Source of the DNA: an uncultured Gemmatimonadales bacterium
Lineage (GTDB): Bacteria; Gemmatimonadota; Gemmatimonadetes; Gemmatimonadales; GWC2-71-9
Direction: 5' to 3'
NCBI GenBank assembly: GCA_963795085.1
Contig: CAWCFX010000006.1
Span: 192,001 to 256,000, forward strand
Length of the DNA stretch: 64,000 nucleotides
The translations under genes were made by a program, and so were the position numbers. This document shows, in pieces, positions 1 to 9,519 of this stretch; the stretch's first letter is position 1; every line of letters starts with the position of its first letter. The notes below the pieces were generated by a model. That model did no database searches. It was not told where the DNA came from and saw only the letters and a program-made list of their open reading frames with translations.

Positions 1-490
1 GTTCGACGTGTACCGCTTTGGCGCCGGCGCCTTTGCCGGGGTCAATCCGCCCAACACGCCAGCGCCGGCGCTGCTGTACTCGGACGATGCCGCGAACCGT
101 GATGCGCATGGCATGGCCGCCACCACGAACGGTCGTTTTCTCTGGGTTGCCGACCGAGCTGCCAATCTGTTCGAGATCTTCGGCGTCGGCTCGGGCGAGC
201 ACCTGGCGACCCTTCCCCTGGCCGGCCCGCTCTCGGACGACCCAACCCCCGATCTGGTGGACGTCTCCCCGGACGGGACCCTCCTCTTGACCACCCTTCG
301 CGGCCCTAACCCGCTGAGCGGAGACCCCCATGTTTCCACCGGCTCCACGCCCGGGCTGGGGATCCTGCGGCTCGCGGGCGCCGGAAGCCGCGGTGAGTTA
401 GTGGCGATCCACCGCATCAGTAACGTGGATCAGGCCGGGGTGGAACGGGCCGACCCGCATGGCATCCGGGTTCGTTCCCCCCGCCAGTAG
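1..490 (+). CDS. Partial (5'-truncated) beta-propeller protein, YncE/YVTN-like
   Basis: Open frame from the window edge to TAG at 490; blade-like motifs (AHGMAATTNGRFLWVADR, PDLVDVSPDGTLL, DPHGIRV). Confidence 0.5.
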   Translation, partial: FDVYRFGAGAFAGVNPPNTPAPALLYSDDAANRDAHGMAATTNGRFLWVADRAANLFEIFGVGSGEHLATLPLAGPLSDDPTPDLVDVSPDGTLLLTTLRGPNPLSGDPHVSTGSTPGLGILRLAGAGSRGELVAIHRISNVDQAGVERADPHGIRVRSPRQ

Positions 491-547
491 TGCCCGCCGC
501 AGGCTCGAACGGGGTGGGCCGCGACCCACCTCGTGCTACTTTCCAGC

Positions 548-1582
548 ATGAACGCCACCGAATCCATTCTGATCGTCGGGGCCGGCCCCATCGGGCTGGC
601 CTGCGCCATTTCGGCCCGACGCCGCGGATTCGACCCGTTGGTGATCGATGCTGGCGCCATCGCCAATTCGATCGTCAATTATCCGGTGGGGATGACTTTC
701 TTTACCACCCCGGAACGGCTGGAAATCGGAAACCACCCCCTGGTGGCCAGCGGGGCCAAACCCACCAGGGAAGAAGCCCTGATGTACTACCGCGGGGTTG
801 TCAGGTCCGAGCGGATCCGGGTCCGCCCGTATACTCGACTCCGCGGGGTCCGACGAACGGAGGGCCGGCTGGTGGCGGAAGTAATTTCGGGCATCGGGGA
901 GCCGACGGCGTTTTCCATCACCAGTGACCGGCTGGTCCTGGCGACCGGCTACTTCGAACACCCCAACCAACTGGGAATTCCGGGGGAGGAACTGCCCCAC
1001 GTGAGCCACTACCCGACCGAAGCTCACCAGACGGCCGGCCTCGATGTTGTGGTCGTCGGAGCCAAGAACTCGGCCGTCGAGATGGCCCTGGCCAGCTATC
1101 GCGCGGGCGCCCGCGTCAGCCTGGTCCACCGGGGCCCCGGCCTCCGGCCCAGCGTGAAATACTGGCTGCGCCCAGACCTGGAGAACCGGATTCTGCACCA
1201 GGAAATTCAAGTATGGTGGACGAGTTCCCTGGTCGAGATCCGGCCAGACAGCGTTGCGGTCCGCGGGGAAGACGGTCGGGTTCACTGGCTTCCGGCGGAC
1301 ATGGTCTATCTTCTCACCGGCTATCACCCCGACTTCGAGCTATTCCGCCGGATCGGTCTCACCCTGGATCCCGAAAGCGGCCGGCCGGACCACGACTCCG
1401 AGACCCTGGAAACCTCCATCCCGGGCATCTCCCTGGCGGGCAGTGTTACATCGGGACGATTCATCTCCGAAATCTTTATCGAGAATGGTAGGTATGATGG
1501 AGAAAAGATCTTCGGAGACGCGGCCAGCCGGCGCGCGGCGCTGGAGGCTGCCGACATGATTCAACGGCCCATGGGGGAATAG
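548..1582 (+). CDS. ypdA: YpdA-family putative bacillithiol disulfide reductase (FAD/NADPH oxidoreductase)
   Basis: GAGPIG FAD motif, YPVGMTFFTTPERLEIG, PTREEALMYYR, GAKNSA, C-terminal IFIENGR; ATG at 548. Confidence 0.85.
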   Translation: MNATESILIVGAGPIGLACAISARRRGFDPLVIDAGAIANSIVNYPVGMTFFTTPERLEIGNHPLVASGAKPTREEALMYYRGVVRSERIRVRPYTRLRGVRRTEGRLVAEVISGIGEPTAFSITSDRLVLATGYFEHPNQLGIPGEELPHVSHYPTEAHQTAGLDVVVVGAKNSAVEMALASYRAGARVSLVHRGPGLRPSVKYWLRPDLENRILHQEIQVWWTSSLVEIRPDSVAVRGEDGRVHWLPADMVYLLTGYHPDFELFRRIGLTLDPESGRPDHDSETLETSIPGISLAGSVTSGRFISEIFIENGRYDGEKIFGDAASRRAALEAADMIQRPMGE

Positions 1583-1593
1583 TTGCCTTAATT

Positions 1594-1632
1594 TACCCGG
1601 GTGTTATTGACAACCATTATTACACCCGGGTA
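1594..1632. promoter_or_regulatory. Inverted-repeat operator candidate overlapping the promoter
   Basis: TACCCGGGTGT (1594-1604) and ACACCCGGGTA (1622-1632); each arm contains the palindrome ACCCGGGT. Confidence 0.6.
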
Positions 1633-1636
1633 TAAT
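1607..1636 (+). promoter_or_regulatory. Consensus sigma70 promoter upstream of the DUF2239 gene
   Basis: TTGACA at 1607-1612, 18-bp spacer, TATAAT at 1631-1636, in an AT-rich patch. Confidence 0.8.
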
Positions 1637-1663
1637 AGTCGCACCTTAAAACCGGTTGACCGG

Positions 1664-2275
1664 ATGCCCCTCCCCTTCCAGACCCGCTGTATAGCGTTCG
1701 AGGGCTCAACCAGAATCGCTTCCGGTGAACTGCACCAGGTGGCCCTTAAATCGAAAGAGGTCCTCGATCGGGGCGAAGGACCCGTCCTCATCTTCCACGA
1801 GGCGACCAGCGAGCCGATCGAGGTGGACTTCAGGGGCACCGCCGCCGAGGTCTTTGAGCGGATTACTTCAGCGGAGGCCGTGCGCCAGTCAGCCGGAGCG
1901 CCGGACTCGAAGCCGGTGCGTGGCCGGGGGCGCCCCCGGCTGGGTGTCGTAGCCAGGGAGGTGACGCTCCTCCCCCGCCACTGGGAATGGCTCGGCGGGC
2001 AGCCCGGGGGCGCATCGGTGGCCCTGCGGAAGCTGGTGGACGAGGCCCGCCGCGCGCGGGCCGGAGGCGACCGCCTGCGGCAGCAGGAGGAGGCGGCGTA
2101 CCGGTTCATTTCCGCCATGGCCGGCGATGAACGCGGCTTTGAGGAAGCGACCCGGGCGCTCTTTGCCCATGACGTGTCGCGGTTCTGTGAGCTGGCCGGG
2201 CTGTGGCCGCCGGACGTGCGCGATCATGCCCGGACGCTGGCGCTGGCCATCGACAAGAGCCCAGCCACTCCATGA
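1664..2275 (+). CDS. DUF2239 family protein
   Basis: CIAFEGSTRIASG start, GRGRPRLGVVAREVTLLPRHWEWL, QPGGASVALRKLVD, AYRFISAMAGD..GFEEATRALFA. Confidence 0.85.
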   Translation: MPLPFQTRCIAFEGSTRIASGELHQVALKSKEVLDRGEGPVLIFHEATSEPIEVDFRGTAAEVFERITSAEAVRQSAGAPDSKPVRGRGRPRLGVVAREVTLLPRHWEWLGGQPGGASVALRKLVDEARRARAGGDRLRQQEEAAYRFISAMAGDERGFEEATRALFAHDVSRFCELAGLWPPDVRDHARTLALAIDKSPATP

Positions 2276-2739
2276 ACCCCTCCGTCCGCCGCGCCGGTCC
2301 CGGCGACGCCCCGATGCTGGCCCGGCTACGCTGGGAGTTTCGCGCATCGTACGGAGTGCCCGACGAGACTGAAGTCTCCTTCCTGGCGCGGTGCGAGCCG
2401 TGGATCGCGGAGCGCCTCGCCCCTCCCGGCGGGCGCTGGTCCGCCTGGATCGCGGAGGCCGGATCCGCGGCCATCGGCGCGATCTGGGTCCAATGGATCG
2501 AAAAGATTCCCAATCCGGTCGTGGAACCCGAGTGGCACGCCTATCTCACCAGCTTCTACGTCAGGGCATCATTCCGGGGAAGGCAGGTGGGATCGGCGCT
2601 GCTTCAGGCCGCGCTTTCGGAGAGCCGCCGGCGGGAGGTCGATTCGGTGATTCTCTGGCCCACACCGGAGAGCCGCTCGCTTTACGCCCGCCATGGCTTT
2701 GCCGCGGCGGGCGTGATGGAGTTACGGGACGCTCAGTAG
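2272..2739 (+). CDS. GNAT family N-acetyltransferase
   Basis: ATGA overlap with DUF2239; YVRASFRGRQVGSALL acetyl-CoA motif and SLYARHGF. Confidence 0.85.
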   Translation: MNPSVRRAGPGDAPMLARLRWEFRASYGVPDETEVSFLARCEPWIAERLAPPGGRWSAWIAEAGSAAIGAIWVQWIEKIPNPVVEPEWHAYLTSFYVRASFRGRQVGSALLQAALSESRRREVDSVILWPTPESRSLYARHGFAAAGVMELRDAQ

Positions 2740-2972
2740 GAGCGGGGGACCCCGGGTCCCCAATCGTCGCCGGCCTGTTCTTCGTCCGGCTCGACCGCAC
2801 TCCCCCGCTGTTGGACCTCTTGTTCGGCTTCCCGCAGCTCCCGCCGCGCTTCCAGTTCTTCGTAGCTGAGGCCGTCCTCGGGTTCCCGGGGGCGGGGCGG
2901 CGCATGCCGGCCCCGCAGCAGCCACACCAGCAGCCCGGCGAGGGCGGCGACCGCGATCACCCCTCCCCACAT
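2733..2972 (-). CDS. Small membrane-anchored hypothetical protein
   Basis: ATG overlaps the pdp stop (TGATG); hydrophobic N-terminal helix MWGGVIAVAALAGLLVWLL followed by a charged tail. Confidence 0.6.
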   Translation of the reverse strand: MWGGVIAVAALAGLLVWLLRGRHAPPRPREPEDGLSYEELEARRELREAEQEVQQRGSAVEPDEEQAGDDWGPGVPRSY

Positions 2973-4297
2973 CAGGCCAGCGCCTCCACGCCGTGCCGGG
3001 TAACGCGATGGGATATGAGGGGAAGCGGCGCGGCTGCATCCCCGATCTGGATAGCCTCGTCCAGGGCGGCACACCCCACGGCAATCCCGGCGGCATCCCG
3101 GGCGAACACCGAAGCGATCGGCTCCCCGGCGCTCACCCGGTCTCCCGGCTTGACGGTGATCACGAATCCGACCGCGGGATCGATGGTGTCCTCCAGCGTC
3201 CGCCGCCCGCCGCCCAGTTCAATGATCGCCTGGCCTATGCGTCGCGGTTCCACCCGGGCGATGGTACCCGCCGCCCGGGCCCGGTAGACTTCCACGGCGC
3301 CGGCCTGGGGAAGGATCGAGGGATCCTCGACCACGCGGCGATCACCGCCCTGGGCCTCGATGAGCCGGCCGAACATGTCCAGCGCCTCGCCCGAGGCCAG
3401 CGCCCGTTCCAGGCGCTGCCGGGCCGCCGGCCGCAGGGATTCAACCCCGGAGATCAGCAACATCTCCTCGGCCAGCGCCAGGGTGACCTGCATCAGATCC
3501 TCGGGACCCTTGCCCTCCAGGGCCTGGATGCTTTCCTCGATTTCGAGCGCGTTCCCGAGCGCACGGCCCAGCGGGCGATCCATCGCGGTGAGCAGGGCGA
3601 CTGTGCGGCAGCCCCGGGCTTCCCCCAGGCCGATCATGGTGCGAGACAGGTCCAGCGCCCGGGCAGGGTCGGGAAGAAAGGCTCCGCTTCCGGTCTTTAC
3701 GTCGAGCACCAGTCCCCCCAGGCCTTCGGCCAGTTTCTTCGACATGATGCTGGCGGCGATGAGGGGAATGGATTCGACCGTCGCGGTGACGTCGCGGAGC
3801 GCATAGACTTTTCCGTCCGCGGGTGTAATCTCCGGAGTCTGCCGCAGCATGGCGCACCCCAGGGAGCGGACCTGCGCACCGACCTCGGCGAGGCTCAGAC
3901 CGGTCCGGAACCCGGGAATCGACTCCAGTTTGTCCACCGTGCCCCCGGTATGGCCGAGTCCGCGGCCGGACATCATGGGCACCGCGGCACCACAGGCCGC
4001 CACCAGGGGGACCAGTATGAGGGAGGTCTTGTCGCCGACCCCCCCGGTCGAGTGCTTGTCGACGACCGGACGGTCCAGGCCGGTGAAATCCAGCCGGTCC
4101 CCGGATTGGAGCAGGGCGTCGGCGTAGGCGTCCAGTTCCGCGGCCTCAAGGCCCTGGAAAAAAACCGCCATGAGCAGCGCGGCCATCTGGTAGTCCGGCA
4201 CTTCGCCGGATGAGTAGCCGGCCACCACCTCGCGCCACTCGTCCGGCGACAGCGCCTCGCCATCGCGCTTCCGTTCTATGACCCTGGGCATCAGCAT
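2972..4297 (-). CDS. pdp: Thymidine / pyrimidine-nucleoside phosphorylase
   Basis: IERKRDG, DKHSTGGVGDK, SGRGLGHTGGTVDKLESIPG, SIMSKKLAEG motifs. Confidence 0.93.
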   Translation of the reverse strand: MLMPRVIERKRDGEALSPDEWREVVAGYSSGEVPDYQMAALLMAVFFQGLEAAELDAYADALLQSGDRLDFTGLDRPVVDKHSTGGVGDKTSLILVPLVAACGAAVPMMSGRGLGHTGGTVDKLESIPGFRTGLSLAEVGAQVRSLGCAMLRQTPEITPADGKVYALRDVTATVESIPLIAASIMSKKLAEGLGGLVLDVKTGSGAFLPDPARALDLSRTMIGLGEARGCRTVALLTAMDRPLGRALGNALEIEESIQALEGKGPEDLMQVTLALAEEMLLISGVESLRPAARQRLERALASGEALDMFGRLIEAQGGDRRVVEDPSILPQAGAVEVYRARAAGTIARVEPRRIGQAIIELGGGRRTLEDTIDPAVGFVITVKPGDRVSAGEPIASVFARDAAGIAVGCAALDEAIQIGDAAAPLPLISHRVTRHGVEALA

Positions 4298-4307
4298 AAG
4301 GGATGTA

Positions 4308-5090
4308 ATGAAAGCCTGTCGTGTCGCGCTGGTCCTGGCCATGGTGCTGCCCCTGCCGCTATGGGCCCAGGCGCCCGATCATATCGCGATGGGGGTCGTC
4401 CGGGCGGAGGCGCGGGATCCGGGGGCGGCCCTTGTGCACTTTAAGGCCAGGCTGGCGGCCGAGCCTTCCGACTATGAAGCCAACTGGCGGGCGGCGCTCG
4501 CCCTGCTGGACCTGGGCAAGCAAATACCCGACTCCGCCCGGAGTGCCCGGCGAGACTCCTTATACGCCGAGTCCGAGCGGTTGGCGCGGCGGGCCACCGA
4601 ACTCAACCCGGCCGATGCGGAGGGCCACTTCGTGCTCGCCGCGGCGATCGGACGGGCATCGCTGACCCGGAGCAGCCGGGAGCGGGTGAAACGGGCGGCG
4701 GAGATCCGGGCCGAGGCCCTGCGGGCGGTCGAACTGGACCCCCGCCACGACGGCGCGCTCCACGTGCTGGGCCGATGGCACGCCGAGGTCATGCGGCTCA
4801 CGGCGGTCGAGCGTTTCTTCGCGCGAAGCTTTCTGGGCGGCGGTGATTTGCGCCAGGCCTCGTGGGACCAGGCTCTTGCCTGCATGGAGCGGGCGGTGCG
4901 CCTGGCGCCGGCCAATATCTACCACCAATTGGACCTGGCGGAGATTTACATCGACCGCCGGCGATTCGCCGACGCCCGTGCCCGCCTGGAGGGGATCGCG
5001 CTCCTGCCGGTGCGGGACGTCATGGATCCGGAGTACCAGGCGGCAGCGGCCCGCCTGCTGGCCCGGATCGCAGACCGGCCCACCCGCTGA
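4308..5090 (+). CDS. Secreted TPR-repeat protein (RMD-like)
   Basis: Signal peptide (..LPLPLWA-Q); helical repeats ATELNPADAEGHFVLA, AVELDPRHDGALHVLGRW, AVRLAPANIYHQLDLA. Confidence 0.7.
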   Translation: MKACRVALVLAMVLPLPLWAQAPDHIAMGVVRAEARDPGAALVHFKARLAAEPSDYEANWRAALALLDLGKQIPDSARSARRDSLYAESERLARRATELNPADAEGHFVLAAAIGRASLTRSSRERVKRAAEIRAEALRAVELDPRHDGALHVLGRWHAEVMRLTAVERFFARSFLGGGDLRQASWDQALACMERAVRLAPANIYHQLDLAEIYIDRRRFADARARLEGIALLPVRDVMDPEYQAAAARLLARIADRPTR

Positions 5091-5100
5091 CGCGGTCCGC

Positions 5101-5367
5101 TCAGGCCCGGCGGACCCGCTGGAGTTCCTTGCGGAGCTGGTTTTTCATCTCTCGCACCGAATCGCCGGAGCGGTCTTTGAGCTGGCGCATCTTGCGTCCC
5201 AGCCGGCGCCGGGTCCGGCTGCCCCGGTCGGGGGCGTACAGGAGGGCAAAGCCGGCGCCGATCAGGGCTCCGACCGCGATGCCGGTTAGAAAGGTCCGGG
5301 TTCCGCGGCTGGTCTCCGCCGGGTCTTCCCGATAATCGTCGTCCAGGGAGAATTCGTCGTCCGTCAT
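5101..5367 (-). CDS. YtxH domain-containing protein
   Basis: FLTGIAVGALIGAGFALLYAPDRGSRTRRRL signature. Confidence 0.85.
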   Translation of the reverse strand: MTDDEFSLDDDYREDPAETSRGTRTFLTGIAVGALIGAGFALLYAPDRGSRTRRRLGRKMRQLKDRSGDSVREMKNQLRKELQRVRRA

Positions 5368-5478
5368 GGCAAGCCTCTGAAGAATACGGGGACAGGTAAC
5401 CTACAGCGGGTGGAACCCCGCCCGATAGGGCCGGGAGTGTGCTATCTTTGAAGCTACCCTTATCCCCGACCCAGCCCT

Positions 5479-6264
5479 ATGACCTCCGTCACGACGCCCT
5501 CCGACCAGGACGAAATCGAACGGCTGACCGCCCGGGTCGACGCACTGGAGCATGAACGCCGCCACCTGCTGGCGGTCATCGAAATCCTCCAGGAGATCGC
5601 GGCGTCGCTCCACTTCACCGACATCGTGCAATCCATCGCCAGGAAGCTGGGCGAGGCGTTCGGGCTGGACCGTTGCTCGATCTTCCTGGCCGAGCGGGGC
5701 GGACGGACGGTGCGCCTGGTGGCGAGCTACGAGGATCCCAGCATTCGCAACTACGTGGTGGACCTGGAGCGCTACCCCGAACTCCGGCGCTCGCTTTCGA
5801 CCGGCCAGACGGTGTTCATCCCCGACGCGGCCAGCGACACGTCGCTGCAGCATATCAAGGGGACCCTGGCCAACCGGAAGGTCAAGTCCATAACCGTGGT
5901 GCCAATCACCTGGCGGGGGGTGGCCATCGGCGCCATCTTCCTGCGCACCTTCCGTGACGGCCCCGCGTTCAGCGACTCGGACGTGCGCTTCTGCCAGGTG
6001 GTGGCAAACCTGACCGCCAAGGCCCTCCGCAACGCGCACCGCTTCGAGCGGCTGCAGGAGCGGCGGGGAGAGAATTCCGCCTCCCGGGCCCGGGAGCGGG
6101 AACAGGCTGCCCTGGTCGGGTTCATACGCCGGCTGCTGGAAGAATATGCCGCCAAGGACGGGCCCTGGGGCGAGGGCGTTCTGGCCAAGGCCAGCGCCGA
6201 AGAGCTGGACCGGATGGTCGGCGTGGCGCTGACGGTGATCACCCAGGAAGCGTCGGGCCGCTAG
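5479..6264 (+). CDS. GAF domain-containing protein
   Basis: Coiled coil followed by a GAF fold (LDRCSIFL, KSITVVPITWRGVAIGAIFL, FSDSDVRFCQVVANLTAKALRNA). Confidence 0.8.
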   Translation: MTSVTTPSDQDEIERLTARVDALEHERRHLLAVIEILQEIAASLHFTDIVQSIARKLGEAFGLDRCSIFLAERGGRTVRLVASYEDPSIRNYVVDLERYPELRRSLSTGQTVFIPDAASDTSLQHIKGTLANRKVKSITVVPITWRGVAIGAIFLRTFRDGPAFSDSDVRFCQVVANLTAKALRNAHRFERLQERRGENSASRAREREQAALVGFIRRLLEEYAAKDGPWGEGVLAKASAEELDRMVGVALTVITQEASGR

Positions 6265-6393
6265 GCCGAAATGTGATTACTGCGGAGAATACAACGCACG
6301 AAGAAACGAGATGATAGAAACCAGGAGAGGAGACCTTTCGTCCAACTTTGTTGTCCCGCGTGAACTGGCCCTGTTGAGATTTCCACGCCTCGC

Positions 6394-8394
6394 ATGACCC
6401 CCTCCGCCGACCGCGCCCGCTCGCTCCGGGAGCAACTGGAGCGCGCCAACCGCGCCTACTACGTGCTGGACGCGCCCGAAATCAGCGATGCCGAGTATGA
6501 CCGGCTCTTTCGCGAACTGCAGGGACTGGAGGAGGCCCATCCGGAGCTGCGGATGCCGGACAGCCCCACCCTGCGGGTCGGCGCGGCCCCGGCCACCGCA
6601 CTGGGAAAGCACGCCCACCACCGCCCGATGATCTCCCTGGCCAACGCCTTCGACACCGCCGAGTTGGAGGCCTGGCAGGACCGGAACACCCGGATCAATG
6701 CCGACGTGCTGAAGGCGGGGTACACCACTGAAGTGAAAATCGACGGGGCGGCGGTGAGCATGACCTACCGGGAGGGCCGGCTGGTGACCGGCGCCACCCG
6801 CGGGAACGGCATCGTGGGCGAGGACATCACCGCCAACCTGCGTACCATTCCCGACGTCCCCCTGGTGCTCAAGGGCTCCGGCCATCCCGCCCTGATGGAA
6901 ATTCGCGGCGAGGTGTACTTCACCTATGCCGCGTTCAGCCGGCTCAACCAGCAGCGGGAGGCCGCGGGAGAGCCCCTCTTCGCCAACCCGCGCAACGCCG
7001 CCGCCGGCGGGCTGCGGCAACTGGATCCCGCCGTCACCCGGGAGCGCCGGCTCCGGATGTTCGCGTTCCACGTCGAGGTCGTGGAGGGCAAACTCCCGGC
7101 CACCACCCATTGGCAGACGCTCGACCTGCTCCAGTCCTGGGGTTTCCAGGTGGAGGAGCACCGGGCCCGGCTGACCGACCTCGCCGGCGTGATCCGGCGC
7201 ATCGAAGACTACGAGACCCTGCTGCCCACCCTGCCCTTCCAGGCCGATGGCGTTGTCATCAAGGTGGACCAGCTTCGGCTGCACGACGACCTGGGCATCG
7301 TGGGCGGCCGGGAGCCCCGCTGGGCCGTCGCCCGGAAGTTTGCGCCTGAGGTCGCCATTACCCGGGTGAAGGAAATCCGGGTGAACGTCGGACGTACCGG
7401 GGCCCTCAACCCTTACGCGGTGCTGGAGCCGGTGGAGTGCGGCGGAGTGACCGTCTCCAACGCCACCCTTCATAATGAAGACCTGATCGCCCAGAAGGAC
7501 ATCCGGGAGGGCGACTGGGTCGAGATCATCCGGGCCGGCGAGGTGATCCCCCAGGTCATCGGACCCCTGCGCGACCGGGAGCGGGGTCCCCGGCCGTTCG
7601 TCATGCCCGACGCCTGCCCGGCGTGCGGGACCCCGGTGGAACGGATGCCGGACGAGGCGATGCGGTACTGCCCCAACGCCTCCTGCCCGGGCCGGATTCT
7701 CGAGAGCATCGTGCACTTCGCCTCCCGGGACGCCATGGATATCCGGGGCCTGGGGTACGAGCGGGTCCGCCAGCTGCTCGACACCGGGCTCATCCGTACG
7801 GTGGCGGACTTGTACCGCATCACCGCAGACCAGCTGGTGGAACTGGAGCGCTACGCCGCGCAGTCGGCGAAGCAGCTGGTCGTCGCCATCGCCGACAGCC
7901 GGAGCCGGCCCCTGTCGGTCCTGCTCTTTGGCCTGGGGATCCGCCACGTGGGCAAGACGGTGGCCGCGCTGCTGGCGCGCTACTTCGGCACCATGGACCG
8001 GCTCCAGGCCGCCACCGCCGACGAGATCAGCGCCGTTCCCGGCGCTGGCATGGTCATCGCGGAGGCGGTGACCAGTTTCTTTCACAATCCCGGCAACCGG
8101 GCCCTGGTCGCCGAACTCGCCGACCGGGGACTGGCCATGCGGGAACCGGCCGCCGCGCCACGGGAAGGGCCCCTGCTCGGTCGGACCTACGTGATCACCG
8201 GGACGCTGCCGACGTTGAGCCGGGCCGCCGCCGCGGCGCTGATCGAAGAGGCGGGCGGCCGGGTGGCCGGCAGCGTAAGCAAGAAGACCGACGCCCTGCT
8301 GGCCGGCGAAGAGGCCGGCAGCAAACTGGACAAGGCGAAATCGCTCGGCGTGGAGGTGATCGACGAGGCGGAACTCTTGCGCCGCGTGCGCTGA
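6394..8394 (+). CDS. ligA: NAD-dependent DNA ligase
   Basis: KIDG adenylation motif, EIRGEV, FANPRNAAAG, zinc finger CPAC..CPNASC, HhH repeats, BRCT GSVSKKTD..GSKLDKA. Confidence 0.98.
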   Translation: MTPSADRARSLREQLERANRAYYVLDAPEISDAEYDRLFRELQGLEEAHPELRMPDSPTLRVGAAPATALGKHAHHRPMISLANAFDTAELEAWQDRNTRINADVLKAGYTTEVKIDGAAVSMTYREGRLVTGATRGNGIVGEDITANLRTIPDVPLVLKGSGHPALMEIRGEVYFTYAAFSRLNQQREAAGEPLFANPRNAAAGGLRQLDPAVTRERRLRMFAFHVEVVEGKLPATTHWQTLDLLQSWGFQVEEHRARLTDLAGVIRRIEDYETLLPTLPFQADGVVIKVDQLRLHDDLGIVGGREPRWAVARKFAPEVAITRVKEIRVNVGRTGALNPYAVLEPVECGGVTVSNATLHNEDLIAQKDIREGDWVEIIRAGEVIPQVIGPLRDRERGPRPFVMPDACPACGTPVERMPDEAMRYCPNASCPGRILESIVHFASRDAMDIRGLGYERVRQLLDTGLIRTVADLYRITADQLVELERYAAQSAKQLVVAIADSRSRPLSVLLFGLGIRHVGKTVAALLARYFGTMDRLQAATADEISAVPGAGMVIAEAVTSFFHNPGNRALVAELADRGLAMREPAAAPREGPLLGRTYVITGTLPTLSRAAAAALIEEAGGRVAGSVSKKTDALLAGEEAGSKLDKAKSLGVEVIDEAELLRRVR

Positions 8395-8435
8395 ATCTTG
8401 TAGCTTGGCACAACCTTCTCCCTGACTCCCAGACT

Positions 8436-8993
8436 ATGAACGCCGCGGCCCTGCTCATCCCCCATCGCTGCCTCGTGCTCAGCCGCGCAGCGCTGCACCA
8501 GCTCCGGGTCAGCCTGGAAAAAGGCACCGGCGTCCAGAGCGCGACCTACCTCCAGGAGGCCGGGTTCGCCAGCGGGGAGGGCGTGTACGGCGCCTTCGCG
8601 GAGTGGGCGGCGGCCACCTACTTCGTCGCGAAGCCGGCCGACCTCGACGTCCAGTTCCTGGGAGAGGCCATGTCCGGGTTTTTTCAGGAATGCGGCTGGG
8701 GCACCCTGGTACCGGACCAGATCGCCCCGGCGGTGATGTGCCTTGATTCCACCGACTGGTCGGAAGCGGCCCCGGAAACCGAAGCGCAATACCCGTCCTG
8801 TCATTTTTCCTGCGGCATGCTGGCCGACTTTATGGGCCGGCTCTCCGGCGGTCTCATGGGCGTGATGGAAGTCGAGTGCCGGTCCCGGGGCGACGAGCGC
8901 TGCCGCTTCCTGGGCGGCTCGCCCGAGACGCTGAATGTCATCTACGAACGCATGAACCAGGGGATCGGATACCAGCAGGCGCTGGGGATGTAG
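8436..8993 (+). CDS. V4R domain-containing protein
   Basis: FFQECGWG, CHFSCGMLADFM, VMEVECRSRGDERCRF signature; ATG at 8436. Confidence 0.8.
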   Translation: MNAAALLIPHRCLVLSRAALHQLRVSLEKGTGVQSATYLQEAGFASGEGVYGAFAEWAAATYFVAKPADLDVQFLGEAMSGFFQECGWGTLVPDQIAPAVMCLDSTDWSEAAPETEAQYPSCHFSCGMLADFMGRLSGGLMGVMEVECRSRGDERCRFLGGSPETLNVIYERMNQGIGYQQALGM

Positions 8994-9142
8994 CGGACGG
9001 GCGGGCCCGGCGGCGTTCCCGCCGCGGGCCAACCGCGCCGGGCGAATGCATCCGGTGGGACGGCATTGGCGGAGTGACTCAAGGATCTCTGGTTTCGCGG
9101 GAGATCCTTTGTCCTATCGGAAATCCCTCACCCAGGCTTCGA

Positions 9143-9517
9143 GTGCGCTACGTCGACCTTCGCGAACTGCTCGAACTCGCCGTGGGCACCCTGCTGGGCG
9201 TCGGGCTTGTCTCGCTCCTTCACCACCAGTGGCCCGGCCTGCTGGTTTCTCCTCCTACCTATGACACCTGGCGGATCATTGGCGCCGGTCTGGGCCTGTT
9301 GCTGGCCGTCGTCTGGAGCGCCCGGAAGGTGGACCAGCGAATCGATCACCGGATCCCCCCCCACCAGCGGAAGCTGCCCGCGTTCAACGAAGGACGCCCG
9401 GTCGGGGTCCTGGCCTGGCGCACCCGCGATGCGGCTTCAGAGTATCTATGGCTGGTGATGGGGGTGGTGGTGGTATTGATGATCCTGTGGCTGGTCAGGA
9501 CGTTCGTACCCCGGTAA
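9143..9517 (+). CDS. Hypothetical membrane protein (start uncertain)
   Basis: Three hydrophobic segments in the ORF ending at 9517; in-frame GTG at 9143. Confidence 0.45.
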   Translation: MRYVDLRELLELAVGTLLGVGLVSLLHHQWPGLLVSPPTYDTWRIIGAGLGLLLAVVWSARKVDQRIDHRIPPHQRKLPAFNEGRPVGVLAWRTRDAASEYLWLVMGVVVVLMILWLVRTFVPR

Positions 9518-9519
9518 AA

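Noticed and set aside
6277..8085. 602-aa minus-strand ORF
   Set aside because: Antisense shadow of ligA, typical of high-GC DNA; no motifs
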